From Rhizaria sp. SCN 62-66 (Eukaryota), in the NCBI GenBank assembly GCA_001724265.1, contig MEDY01000076.1, forward strand, positions 1 to 64,000: a stretch of 64,000 nucleotides of DNA, given 5' to 3'. The notes under the pieces are model-generated. The model did not search any database and was not told the origin of the DNA. It saw only the letters and a list, made by a program, of their open reading frames with translations. Shown here piece after piece: positions 51,152 to 63,085 of the stretch. Made by a program: the position numbers and the translations under genes. The first letter of the stretch is position 1; each line of letters begins with the position of its first letter.

Positions 51152-54100
51152 ATGCGGCGGCCACATGCAAGACAAGTTGAGCTACAGATTCCTGCTTGGT
51201 CGGTCTGGCGTGGGAATAACCGCTTTTACTGCGGCGGCCGCATCATTGCAGGACCTTCACTGCGACGACTCGTGGTGACAGTGAGCCTCTTACTCCTCAC
51301 CATGCTGCTTGCAGTCACTGTTTTGACTACACAACTTAAACCGTCATCTGCTCTTGCAACAACAGCGATTATTCTTTTTAGCGTTAGCTCTATTGCGAGT
51401 TGCATCGCGCTGTACGCCTCCAATCCCGGTGTATTACCCAGAGCTGCACTGCTCAACGCGTACGTTCACTGCCGCGGTCGTGCAAAGGCAAACATCGCAC
51501 TTGAGACAATGTCAAACCGTCTTGGCTTGCAGCATGCACTTCATTCTCTGAGCCTTTTCAACACGACTATGCGTCGTAATTTATATCCCAACAGCGTAAC
51601 CACGAGTCCGGCAACGGCTGTGACCGCGGCCGTAAGCGCGTTGAGCTCAATCGAGCGTATTGATGACAGCACAACAAATGCTGCGATTGAGACTGCGCCA
51701 GGTGACAATCCTGCTGCGCAAAGTAACGTCGAGCCAAGCAACTCATCTCTGATGGGCGTCGGGTTACTTCAGCATCAGCTGCGGCAAAAGCTTCTCAAAC
51801 ACAACCGAACTGAAGGCAAAGCCAGTAGTGACAGTGCCAGTTGCAAGGCAAAGTTGGACTCGTTGTGTTTGGTTGCAGATGAGTCACACCTGGGGCCGCG
51901 AGTGCCTCCGTGGGCTCTGGGGCTTGTCGCAGACCTTGGCACCGCTGTGGCGCCGCCGCTGCTACACACGGTGTCACTTCAAGAACTCAAACGAGAGAAC
52001 GTGCAGGGGCTTGAAGAGACTCCCACCCCAGACAACAACCCACACGCACAACAAAAGCACATTGGTTCGCGACTTCATGAGCTAAACCAAGAGCACGACC
52101 GGTTGCAGATGCAAGAGCGAGAGCAGTGCAGTCACGTTCTCGCAGCCACGTCGACACTTCGTGAGGCTGTCACGAACGCCGTCGTCACTTTGGAGCTCTG
52201 CCTGGGTGAGAAACGGGTGCCCGAGTGCGAGTGGTGCTGGGACTGCTGTATACTGAGGCCGCGGGTAACGTCGGCGCACTGCAGTAACTGCGGCAACTGT
52301 GTCGAGCACTGGGACCATCGTACGTTGACACGATATCTTTATGAACAAATGAGCATGAACGATTGTGACTTTGTTGGCGCTAGGCGCAATCAACTACATC
52401 CGCAAATGTATCACCGAATTGATTGACTCATATCGCATTTACTCTGTTTGTCATTGTCGCTCACAGACTGCGGCTGGGTCGGTAACTGTGTCGGTGCAGG
52501 CAACTATCGCTTGTTCCTAACCACAATTGCACTCAACGTTTGCAACTTAATCACACTCTTTGCAGTAAGCTTAGCGTACTTAAAGCGCGTATCATCGCTA
52601 TTTCCGACTTTGATAGACGCGTTTAATGCGCACTCGTTTGGCTTCTCCCTCGCAGTTCTCTTGGTGCCTATTTGCACTGCTGTTGCAACGGTGTTCTTAC
52701 ATACGTTTCTTTTGCAAGTAAAGGCTGTCGGACCAGAGCAAGGCGCAACAACAATGCTGCTACAGCGCGGAAGAAGTGCACTATTTCCAGGACTTAAACC
52801 AAGTCAAGCAACGTCGATGATTCGCGATGTTGAGGCTGCTACTGCGACGGTTGCTGCTGCGGCGGCGGTGACTCGTGACGATGGAGGTTACGGACAGCGG
52901 CGTGCAATGACACAGCATAACTACGCATATGACTACGATTACGAGTTTAGCAGCGCGGTTAATGATGCGACTGTCAGCGACAGTGTTGTCAGTGCTAGCG
53001 CTGAGTGCTACAGTGAAGAGGAGGACTTCGGTTACGATGGCGGAAACGCTATGACTGGCTTTGCGGTGTATCGGCAACGGCAGCAACAGCTGTGGGAAGC
53101 TAGGGTTAGGTGCTATCAACAGTTGTTTTGCCCATCTCCGACTTAGTCCTCTTACGGGGAGGATAATAATATCATAGCAACTTCAGTCGATACGGACACG
53201 AAAGGTGGAAACACACATACAGCCAAAGAGGAACAACAACACGCCAGCGCGGTTGACAGCCGCGCCGAGTTAGAGTCTTGTACGAGCGGTAGTACAAGTG
53301 CTCACACTAGCTGTGTAGACAACGTTGTGTCGCATATTTCCTACGCACACAAGCCACAGCCAAACTCTTCGATGAAATCGCAGCAACAGTTGCAAACAAG
53401 TCCGATCCAGTCACACGCGTAGATACAGCAGTGTTCTAAATCACTGTCAACAAGTGATATCACATTGTCGGAGAGTAAGTTGCAGATGTCGGAGTCATTT
53501 TCACTCCACTCACAACACAGTGTAAAACAGGAGAATCAGTGCCACAACAGTGCTCGTCTAAAATCACCAAACTTAGAGTCACTTCCGCGTTCACAGTCTC
53601 AGCATCATAAGAGAAGCAAATCAAATGCGTGTAAAGATGTGCAAAGTGGTCTTATGAGCAAAAGTACTCAGCAAGGTTCTATATTTACACTTAATCCATC
53701 TCCTGCATCGGTGATCCCATCGCAGTCAAGGGGTGCTTACAATGAACCAAACGCACTTGGTGTTAGCCACAGTCTAAGCGTGCCGGAATTATCTGATCTA
53801 AGCGGTGCGTTTTCAATCCCTCTCTCACTACCTTCATTCAACAGTAGTCGGCTGTCCTTTAGCGCGGACACAAACACGCTATCCGGTCACAGTAGTGATG
53901 ATTGTGGCAATAGCGTTATGCATGCTGGTGAGAATGAGACGGACAAGCTGAGCTTTGCGTCGCTGTCTTCTCTGACAATGCCACCTCCGCCCAGCAACAC
54001 CTACGCCACACAACGTTCGGCCCGTCAGCAAAGATGTTTGCAACAGCGACGTCTAACGCCAGAAAGCAACGTAGCGTGCGTAATAAACACAAGATGCAGT

Positions 54101-56074
54101 GATACCCAAGTCGCACATACTTCTCGTAAGCATGCAAAACATCCAGCCACAAACACGGCAGAATCTAAAGCAATTGCTGCAGCTCTGGCTCTAGCAAAAT
54201 TAGAAGCTGATGCTCAAGCTGTTGCAAAAGCCAAGGCTGACGCGGAGGCCAAGGCTAGGGCTGATGCAGAGGCTCGGGCCAGGGCAAAGGTGGCCGCGGC
54301 CGCGCTTGGTGCAGCAATCCGCGCTGCGGCCGCCGTACGCACCGCCGCGACCGCCGCTGTTGCAGCCGAGATCTCCGGTTTGCAGGCGTCGCTGGCGGCA
54401 CCGCGACTGCGGCGCGAGACCCGGCGCGCACAGTCGCTGCTGATGCGCTTTGCAGGCGGCTGCGCGGGGGCGTTGGCTCTGTTTGCTGGCTGCATGCGCG
54501 CGTGGGGCCGGGGGCCAGTGCTGGGCCCGTTGAGGTGTGAGGCGGGACATCGCGCTGCTGTAGCTGTAAAGCTGGCTAAGGCGGGTGAGGACGGCGGACT
54601 TGTTGAGCTGCTGCAAAGCGGGTTCAAAGTTAAGACTGACAGCAACTGCCAACAAAGTGACATTGATCATGAGGATGATGCTAGTGGAGTTGTCGTTGAC
54701 CATGATGTGTTTGTTGATTGGATTAACGGATCTGCAACACAGACCCTTGTCAACGGTGCGGCTCAACAGCTGCATTCATCTCAAGTCGCGAAATATGAGG
54801 AGCAACAGCGGCAGCTCGAAAGTCACGCAAGGTCTACGGCTGCTGGTCGTCTACTGAGGAGGCGCAAGCAACAACAGCAGAATCATCATATTCAACAAGC
54901 AGCAGCCATTTCTAACGCGACACGAATTGGTCGGCTGTTTTAGCGTTTGGACACAGCGGATGTGAGAGCGACAGAGCCGATATCAGTGGCACCACTGTCA
55001 CGACGTGACACCTTGCCTGTTCCTATAGCTGCAACAGTGACGCGTGCAACACCGTTAAACCAGAATCTAACAGTGATGGACGTCATCCTGCCGCGCAATC
55101 TAAACAATATCAACGCACACGCAAATATGCACTTGCACCGACAGCAAACAGCAAGGCAGCGCACCAACACAAGCTTAAGCAATGGTAGCTCGTGGTGTTG
55201 TAGGTCTCGGCGACACGGATATGAGACAGACGAAGTTGCTGTTACATTCTTTGACGTTTTCACCGCACCTGTTAGCATTGCGCGTTTACGCGAGTTTGAA
55301 TACGCCGAGCGAACCATGCAGAGTGCTATGTACTACTCGACTCTCAACAGCGAGAACCCTATTAACGACAGCAGTGACCACACTGAAAGTGATCGCGACG
55401 ATGACGACATTGGTCATGGCCCTGGCAATGCAAATGCTACCCGAAAGCAGCATGGCGTCAACCCAACAGCTCCTGCGGGCACCACTACAAGTGCAGCGAC
55501 TGTGGAGCTGAGTGAGAGCAGCAGTGAAGTTGATAGTGAGCTCAGGGCAGAGGCACTGCGCATTGCACGAGCTCAGTTCCATAGTCGCTACAGCAAACAG
55601 ACAACACAGCACACAGCTGCACTGACAGCTGTCGGTGTCGACTCACGTAATATCAAAGCTAATGAAGGTGGTCTTAGGCATGATAGTACGATTCAAAACA
55701 GCAACGGTCATGTTGCTCAGCATGCACACATGCGCACACACACCCGTGAGCGTGACAAACGGGATGCAAAGCCTCGTCGCCAGACAGCGACTCAGCAACG
55801 CGATCGTCATAGCACTGCGTTCGGCGACACCGACAGTGATGACGATAACGCAGGGCAGCAAACACGCGCGAATCAGAGCAGCAATCGCCGCGGACGTGCC
55901 GCTGCCAGCGGTGCCAATCATAGTCGTCGCGGTGACCGCGAGCGCACTCGCAGTAGGCACCGTGACTCGGCCACCGTTGTTGCCCCTCATCGCAGTCGTG
56001 AGCAGCAACAACGACCTCGAAACAAAAGCAAACACTCTTCCACCGAAGCAGTTTGGTTTGATGAAGACAATTAA
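51152..56074 (+). CDS. DHHC palmitoyltransferase with a long loop insertion and long C-terminal tail; exons 51152-52319, 52467-56074; three in-frame TAG codons (53144, 53420, 54941); ~1,591 aa if TAG is sense
   Basis: N-terminal WRGNNRFYCGGRIIAGP, two transmembrane segments, NPGVLPR, then WCWDCCILRP...AHCSNCGNCVEHWDH|HCGWVGNCVGAGNYRLF with the DHHC motif split by a GTACGT...CACAG intron. The frame has no TAA or TGA until the TAA at 56072-56074. The DHHC call is secure; the 3' extent depends on TAG being read through. Confidence 0.8.
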
Positions 56075-56417
56075 CAAGCAAACAGCACTTACTTAGACTA
56101 ATCGCATTTTCATTGACTAGAAATACAGTAGATTTGACCATATATATTATACTCTTAAGAAGCCTGATGAGAGGGATAACTGATGTGTTGTATTCATATT
56201 ACACGTAGTACGGTCGCTTTACAAGACATACTTGAGGGATAAGCAATCTATCACTACGAACAAAAGATAAACCAAGAGGCGAGTAATATTGTAGTAGGTA
56301 CAACCAACATAATAAAAAAAGAGGACAAAAAGCAAGCAGGGCCCTTTTTGTTTCCCCCATCATCACCCGGTCACAAAATCACAGGAGGAGAACATCGTAA
56401 GTCCTGTAGCTTTGTAC

Positions 56418-58800
56418 TCAGAAGTCGGGGCGCTCGAGCTCCTCGTCGTCGTCGTCCGAGTCATCGGCGCGCTTCTTCTTGCCCTTGGCGCCCTTCTTGC
56501 CCTTACCGTCGTCCTCGGGGTCTTCGGCGTACTTGCTGGCGCTCTTAGCGGCGGGCGCGGCGGCGGCGGCGGCGGGGGCGGGCTTGGCCTTGGGCGCGCC
56601 GGCGAGCAGCACCTCGGTCGGCACAGGCCCCATGATCTCGCCCGCGGCCTGCTGCCACGCGTCGAGCGACATGTTGCCCGCCGAGGCGAGGAAGTCACGA
56701 GCGTTGATGAGGTCTGTGCCGCCGACGATGAGGTTCACGCGCAGCGCATCGGCGAGGATGTTGATCTCGCGCGCCTCAGAGTACGTCAGCCCGCCGGCCA
56801 CGAAGACGATGAAGTGCGGCTCGACCACCTCGCTGCCCTTAGAGGACCCGCTCGCGCCCGACTTATCGCGTTTGTTGCGGCGCGTGCGGAGCGCGCCCGC
56901 GCCGCCGCCGGGCTCATCGCGCTGCTTCTCGCTCACGTAGGGGAAGTCGGCCGTGGAGAGCTTGTCCTCGGCGAGCTCCTTGGCGATCTGCCACAGCAGC
57001 GGCACGTAGCGCAGCAGCACGATGTTCTCGACGCGCTTCTGGCCCTCCTTGCGGCGTGACGACTCCATAGGCGTGCCCTTAAACTTCTCGTCGGTGAACT
57101 TGATTCCCAGCTGCTCGAGCCCTGTGACGGCGCCCAGGCACTGCTCGGGGATGCCGCGCATCAGCTCGCGGCGCGTCGAGGCCTGCACGCCGCCCTGCGT
57201 CAACATGTAGACGAGAACGAGACGGAGACGCTCCTCGACGCCCAGCTTGGGGTTCTGGCAGAGCGAGATGAGCGACGACTTGGCGCGCTTGACCGACATG
57301 GCCTCGCCCTGCTCGTCGTAGCCCGTGGCGAAGTCCTGCTCCAAGTCGCCAATCTCCTTGAGCAGGTGCGCGTCAATCTTCTTCATGCACTCGGCAGACA
57401 GCGCCGTGTGCTGCGCGAACTTGCCCAGCGTCGCAGAGTAGGCGTTGAAGTCCTTGAGCGCCGCGGCCATGTCCTTGACCGAGACGTCCTTAGGCTTGGT
57501 GCCCGCCTTGGCAGCCTTGGCACGCTCGTCCTCCATCTTGGCCAGCTTGTTCTCCTTCTTGAACGCCTTGAGCTGGGCCGGAATCTCGGACATAACGGTG
57601 CCGATGTGGTCGTGGCGGTGCGCGCGCCACAGAGGGTCCTCGCCCTCGTTGAGGATCATTGTGCGCTTCGCCTTCTCCTCGGAGCTCTGGCGGTGGTAGT
57701 CCTCGGAGCTCAGGAAGCACAGCTCGCCGTGATTGCCGCACACGTCGTGCACAAGCGCCTGAAAGAAAAGAGAAGAAAAACACAGATGCAACAAGAAGGA
57801 TAATAAGTGAGTCGGTGTTGCTGAAGGATTTCACGACGTAAGAACACATGTTTCGATAAAACAACGATCAATCTCCACACAGAAACTACACCGGTATCTA
57901 AATCCATTAAACTGCATTGGTTTTGTTTTATATCAAGCGATAGATCGTACCTGGTAGGTGAACTCGTGCATGAGCGGGGTCAGAATGTCGACGGCGCGGT
58001 CGACGATGAGCATCGAACCGTGCGTCTTGCCATGCCAACGCGCGTTCTCCTTGGTGAAGTTGAGCTGCTGGTCCACGGTCTTGGCCAGGATCTTGGCGAT
58101 GCGCGAGCGCGAGTCATATCGGATCGCGGGGTCGTCAGACAGCGTGACGCACAACGACACAAGCTGGCGCGCAGACGAGAGGATCTCGTTGTTGAACGAC
58201 TCCTTGTCCGAGGACCAGAAGAGCGTGGGCAGCGTGTTGGGGCGCGAGAGCGTGAACACACGGTCCTCGCGCGCCGTGAAGTCAACGTTGAGCTCGACGA
58301 GGCACTTGGAGCGGCGCACGATCTTCTGCCCCGAGAACATGTCCATGACGGCGTCGGGGATGGCACGCGTGAAGAACACGTGCGCCTCCTTGTACTGCGG
58401 CTTGTCTTTGAAGTCGTCAATGAGGCGGCGCGCAGATTCAGGCGTGGGGTCAAGGAAGTAGATGGCGCCGAAGGACGGGAGCGGCTCGCGGCGGCACGCG
58501 ATTGCCTCGATGGCGATGATGCCGTGGTTGATGAGCTCGGTCGCGCGCATGCAGGAGGAGATGACCTTGGCCGTGTGCTGGTCCAGGACGAGCACGACGC
58601 GCTCGCCCTCACCGCAGACCGCGCCAACCATGTCGTCCACGATGCCTGTTGTTTGAAGGGCGAAACAACAACAATCGAGTTAAAAGAAAGAGAGCGGTGA
58701 GCTAGCTGTTAAAAGCGAATGAGATCAGAAAAGGACGATATGTGCACTGTTAAGGTATTCGACGAGACGTACGGGACTGAAGAGAAGCACGCAGGCTCAT
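56418..58800 (-). CDS. SEC1: Sec1/Munc18 (SM) family protein, Sec1-like; exons 58800-58773, 58645-57951, 57758-56418
   Basis: Motifs VLVLDQHTAKVISSC, REPLPSFGAIYFLDP, LIVDRAVDILTPLMHEFTYQ|AL, DPLWRAHRHDHI, LEQDFATG and IVFVAGGLTYSEAR. Stop is TGA. Confidence 0.93.
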
Positions 58801-59286
58801 GGAAGACCGGGGCTGATGTCAGGCAGAAGATGGCAGTGTGATGATGAACGTAATGAGGTACGGGAAGAGTTGGGCGAGGTGAGTGAAAGAGTAATGCAAT
58901 GACGCGATCGATCGGCGGGTTTGCAGCGCAAGCCGTGAGGTAGCAAAAGGAAACAAAGAAAAATACATAAACTGCGACAATAGTTACTACCTAACAGCAA
59001 AGTTACATGCCAAACGAACGCTGGAATGAGCACGTAAATCTCGGATTTCGTTTCTACGATGTTTCGAACCACCATCGCTGTTCTTCTGCGAGAAGTGAGG
59101 CGAGCGAGGCTGGTTCGCAAAAATCGCCCAATCATCACATAGTCACCCCTTCACGTTCCCTAAGCAGTATCTACTGTGACTTACACTATCCGTCAGGACA
59201 TCTGTGGCAAGTTTCATTTGAATTAGCACCTAGTGTGCACTAGTGCCCCTTAATACGCGCGTCTCTAGAGCTGGTCTTGAGCGTCT

Positions 59287-61656
59287 ATGGGCAACTACTA
59301 TTCGTGCACGAATGTGCCACCTCACACTAAACAGTGCTTGGCATGTCTCCCCTGGCAGGTACGTCTAAAGCGCATCATAATCTCAACCATTCTAAACCGG
59401 ACTAATATGCCAGTATATATCACCAACTACCGCTTTAAGTGTATCCGCGAATTCGCGTCCAGATCTTGTATTGGCTCTGCAACTCATCTTTCATTTCTTC
59501 ACCCTACCACACCCCACGTTCGTTTTTCTTTCGTCGTTGCTTGCTTCCCACGCACATTTTCGTCCTCTTCAACGCAGCACTGTCGCATGTGCTACTACGA
59601 CTGCGACCCTGCTGCTTTTCCCACGGACCCAACCGCCTGCGCCGGCAAAACAATCGCCTACTGCGTCCTCAGCGCCTAGAAGATGAGCACCTACTTTTTC
59701 GTTCTGATCATAGTTTTTTCGGTCCTCGCGCTCTCGCTGTGCGTGCTGGCCTACCGCCGCCGCAAGCACGCCTTCCTGACGCCCCTCACGGCGCACGCGG
59801 CGTCGCAGCGTGGCTGTTTCTGCCCCATCTGCGGCACGGCGCAGCTGTCTCTCATCCACGCGGCCGTCTTCCGCTGTGGCAACCAGGCCTGCGGGCAGCA
59901 CTTGCGCGCCCGCACCGCCCTGCACAACTCGTACACAGCCGCCGCGACGGCCCGCAACACGACGCGGAGCAACGACAACGCTGCTGCGGGCGCTCGCGGG
60001 CGTGGTCGGGGCAGCAGGGGCGGTATTTCTGTGCGGAAGCAGACGGTTCGACGCGACGAGAATGACCTGGCCAGTGACGACGACAACAACAACGACGAAG
60101 ACGACGACGATGATGACGAAGATAAGAAGAATAACGGCGACCACTGTGCCGGTGACAGCCTGGCTGCACATAACAATCGGAATCGGCGTGCCAAATGCAA
60201 GAGCCACGTTATGCGCAACAACAGGTTTGATTATTCCGACGAGGCTGCTGCTGACGGCGATAGCACCCACGGCGGTACTGGTGACGGGATGTTCAATGAT
60301 TTCTATGAACCGTCGATGTTTCGTCTTGTTTCCGTTAATTCACGCAGCAGCAGCAACAGCATGAGCAGCAGCAACAGTAAAAGCAGTAGCAAAAACAGTA
60401 CCTACAGCAACTCATCTAACTCCAAGAGGAAAAGCAGCAAGAACAACACAACAAAGACCAGTGTGAATAGCAATAGCAAGAAGTCAGCAGCAGCAACCCC
60501 GACTGCTGATCCCCCTAAGGATAAAACCCCTGCGGTTAAAGTTAAGCCGCCGCGCGGCGCCATCAGCTGGGACGATAGCGGGTCCGCGGTCGTGGCGTTC
60601 TTGACTGACTCCGCGACTGTTACGGTACCTGTGCCGAGCCAGGCGCAGGTTGCAGCGCAATATCGCCGATTCTACAACGGTAACAGCACCGCCGGTAAGC
60701 GTGGTGGGGGCAAAGCGAAGGCTGGGAGCAGCAACAAGGGTAAGAGCATTCAGTTTGCCGAGGAGGCTTTGGCTGAAGAGGAGGAAGCTGACGATTACGG
60801 CGACGACGACGACGACGATGATGATGATGATGATGAGTGTGCTCGTAAAAACAAGAGTATGGCTCGGAGGCATCGCAGTGGTGGCATTGATGATCATGGT
60901 AACCAAAACAATGACGAGGACAGTGCAAGTGTGAGCGTAAGCGTGACCGAAAGCAGGCGTCACTTGCTCAGCCCTCGCAACAACACTCACGACGACGACG
61001 ACGGCGGCGACGACGACGATGAACATGATGACCATGATGATGCGGATGGTAACGAAGAGTATAACGTAGAGTATTACCACAATGTTCACGGCAAGAACGG
61101 CTACGACATCAGGAGTCACAACGACGACGATGAGGACGAGGACGATGAGGACGAGGATGATGAGGACGAAAACGACGAGGACGAAGACGAGGACAACGGT
61201 GGCTTCTTTGGCAACGGCGGTATCTTTGGCTTAGGTGGCGGCCGCAATCCCCATCACCGCAGCCGCGACGACATCGATGCGAACTATAGCCATAGCGGCA
61301 GTAACAGTGACCATGTGACCAGCGACGACGAGGAGGGGGGCGCGTTCTCTAAGGGTGCCCAGGGGTACTTAGGCGGGTCGCTGCTGCCCCTGTATGCGTC
61401 GCGCGCTCGTGAGTACACTTACGCCACGCAGAACCAGCAAAACCACAACAACACCAACGACTACAATACCAACAACTGTAGCGTTGGGAGCAGCAACAGA
61501 GCCGATCGCAGTCGCAGGCAAAATAACAATAACCATCTCGCGAATAACAGCTTTGCGTACAGCAATAATAACTCGCATACCCAGAGCAATTCTAGCGCAA
61601 ATCAAGGAGTTAGTGGGACGCGTGTGCAAAGCAAGAAGAGCAGTCGCCGCCAGTGA
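59287..61656 (+). CDS. Hypothetical single-pass membrane protein (~716 aa): Cys-rich N-terminus, transmembrane helix, CxxC zinc-ribbon-like motif and Asp/Asn/Ser-rich tail; exons 59287-59358, 59578-61656; one in-frame TAG (59677-59679)
   Basis: ATG at 59287 and a CAG|GTACGT...ACGCAG intron. Coding-type codons run through ...YCVLSA*KMSTYFFVLIIVFSVLALSLCVLAYRRRK, followed by CPICG...FRCGNQACG. Stop is TGA. Confidence 0.7.
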
Positions 61657-62050
61657 TGATTCCGTGTCAGTGGTGAGTTCGAACTTTAATTTACATACTT
61701 AGAAAGTGAGTTACATAGCACGAGTAATACAAAGTACAGTTATATTCAAATACATACATTGCGGGCATCGTGACGATTGTCGTGTTGACTCCTAGAGTGG
61801 TTAAATGGTTTTTGTATACTATGTGAGGGTTGTCGGTCGGTCAGTTAAGTGTTCCTGCCGTCCCCACAGCCTCCCACCAGTGGCGGAGGGTAGCAGCGAC
61901 GACATGCAACAAGTAAAATTGGGAGTTTGTGATCGTGTGAGCGGCTCGGACGCGGATGCAGGCGAGAGCAGAGTCAGAGACACATGGCTGTGTTTCAGTC
62001 CCTGGCTGGCTCGAGTCCGCGACAGGCGCTCAGTGGGTCAGTCGGCTCAT

Positions 62051-62587
62051 TTACTTGGTGGACTTCTTGGCGGCAGCCTTCTTGGTCTTGGGGGCAGCCT
62101 TGGCAGCAGCCTTGGCCTTGGTGGCCTCAGCGGACTCCAGGGCAGCACGCTCCTTCTGGACGGCCTTGACGGGCGCGGACGATGCTAAATTGGGAGACAA
62201 AACCAGGACGGGAAGAGAAAGCAAAATAGAGAAAGATAGAAGATGGTGAGTGACGCGTATATATGACAGAGCGGGGTCAGGAGGTTGGCGTGGGTGAGAG
62301 AGCGAAAGGGCGGGAGGAAAGGGACAGTTGGGGTGAGAAGAGTGAGCGGTCCAGCGAGGCGTCTAGAGAAGGTTTGAAGGGAACGTACCGCTGGCGGACA
62401 GCGGAGGCGCAGAGGGAGCCACCGTAGGCGCGGGAGACGGAGCGCTTGCGCTTGGCAAGGGACTTGTACTCGAAGGGGTGCCGAGGAACTGCATGGCGAG
62501 GCGGCCGCCGGGGGTGCGGACGACGCAACGCTTGTTGGAGACGGTGTTGTACGACTTGCGACGGAGGAAGGTGATGCGCTGAACCAT
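62051..62587 (-). pseudogene. RPL34: 60S ribosomal protein L34 (eL34) with two internal deletions/frameshifts, either a pseudogene or an assembly error; exons 62587-62389, 62184-62051
   Basis: MVQRITFLRRKSYNTVSNKRCVVRTPGGRL in one frame, HPFEYK...SVSRAYGGSLCASAVRQR|IVRA in a second, and VKAVQKE...KSTK-TAA after a second shift. The conserved PKC...L.GI and FL.EEQKI segments are absent. Confidence 0.8.
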
Positions 62588-63085
62588 TCTGACCTAAGCG
62601 CGGGACAGCAAGCAACGACGGAGTAGCGGGGCGAGAAGAGTGGGGTGTAGGGCGGTGAGCGAGGTGGACTCCGGGGGTCTCAAGCGAGGTGTAGCGCGTC
62701 TGCGCGGATTTGTCTTCCAAACGCAGGAGAATATGTTATCATAACAATGCGATACATTAACCACATCTTTAAAAGTCGATCGATGCCCTCGGGAGGAACA
62801 CTTTTCGTGTCGCCCTCGACCCCGCAACTCCCACCCGCGGCCTAACTTCTGGGACCTCACGGTTCCTAAAAAGTCGGTCGCGAGTGACCGCGACATCACA
62901 ATTTTGACTCGCATCAAACCGTTTCTAACTTGACCCTGCTTTAAAATCTACTTATATGAAAATGATACTATTTCTTCCAGAATATCAATTGAAATTAAAG
63001 TCTGCAGCAATTTGTGTTATTGCATGAACGGTCTCAAATGTGAAGATATACGCCCTGATTTGTATTGACCCAGGGACTTAAAGCG

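Noticed and set aside
53465-56074. ORFs 53465-54943 and 54947-56074 as separate genes
   Set aside because: Both ORF-track starts are TTG rather than ATG, both share the DHHC exon frame, and they are separated only by TAG codons.
40274-59679. In-frame TAGs explained as independent pseudogenisation, pyrrolysine or A-to-I editing (UAG to UGG, Trp)
   Set aside because: All six interruptions are TAG, with no TAA, TGA or frameshift in those genes. Pyrrolysine is not known in eukaryotes. The aligned residues (Gln, Glu) and the Gln-rich context do not fit Trp. Editing cannot be formally excluded without RNA data.
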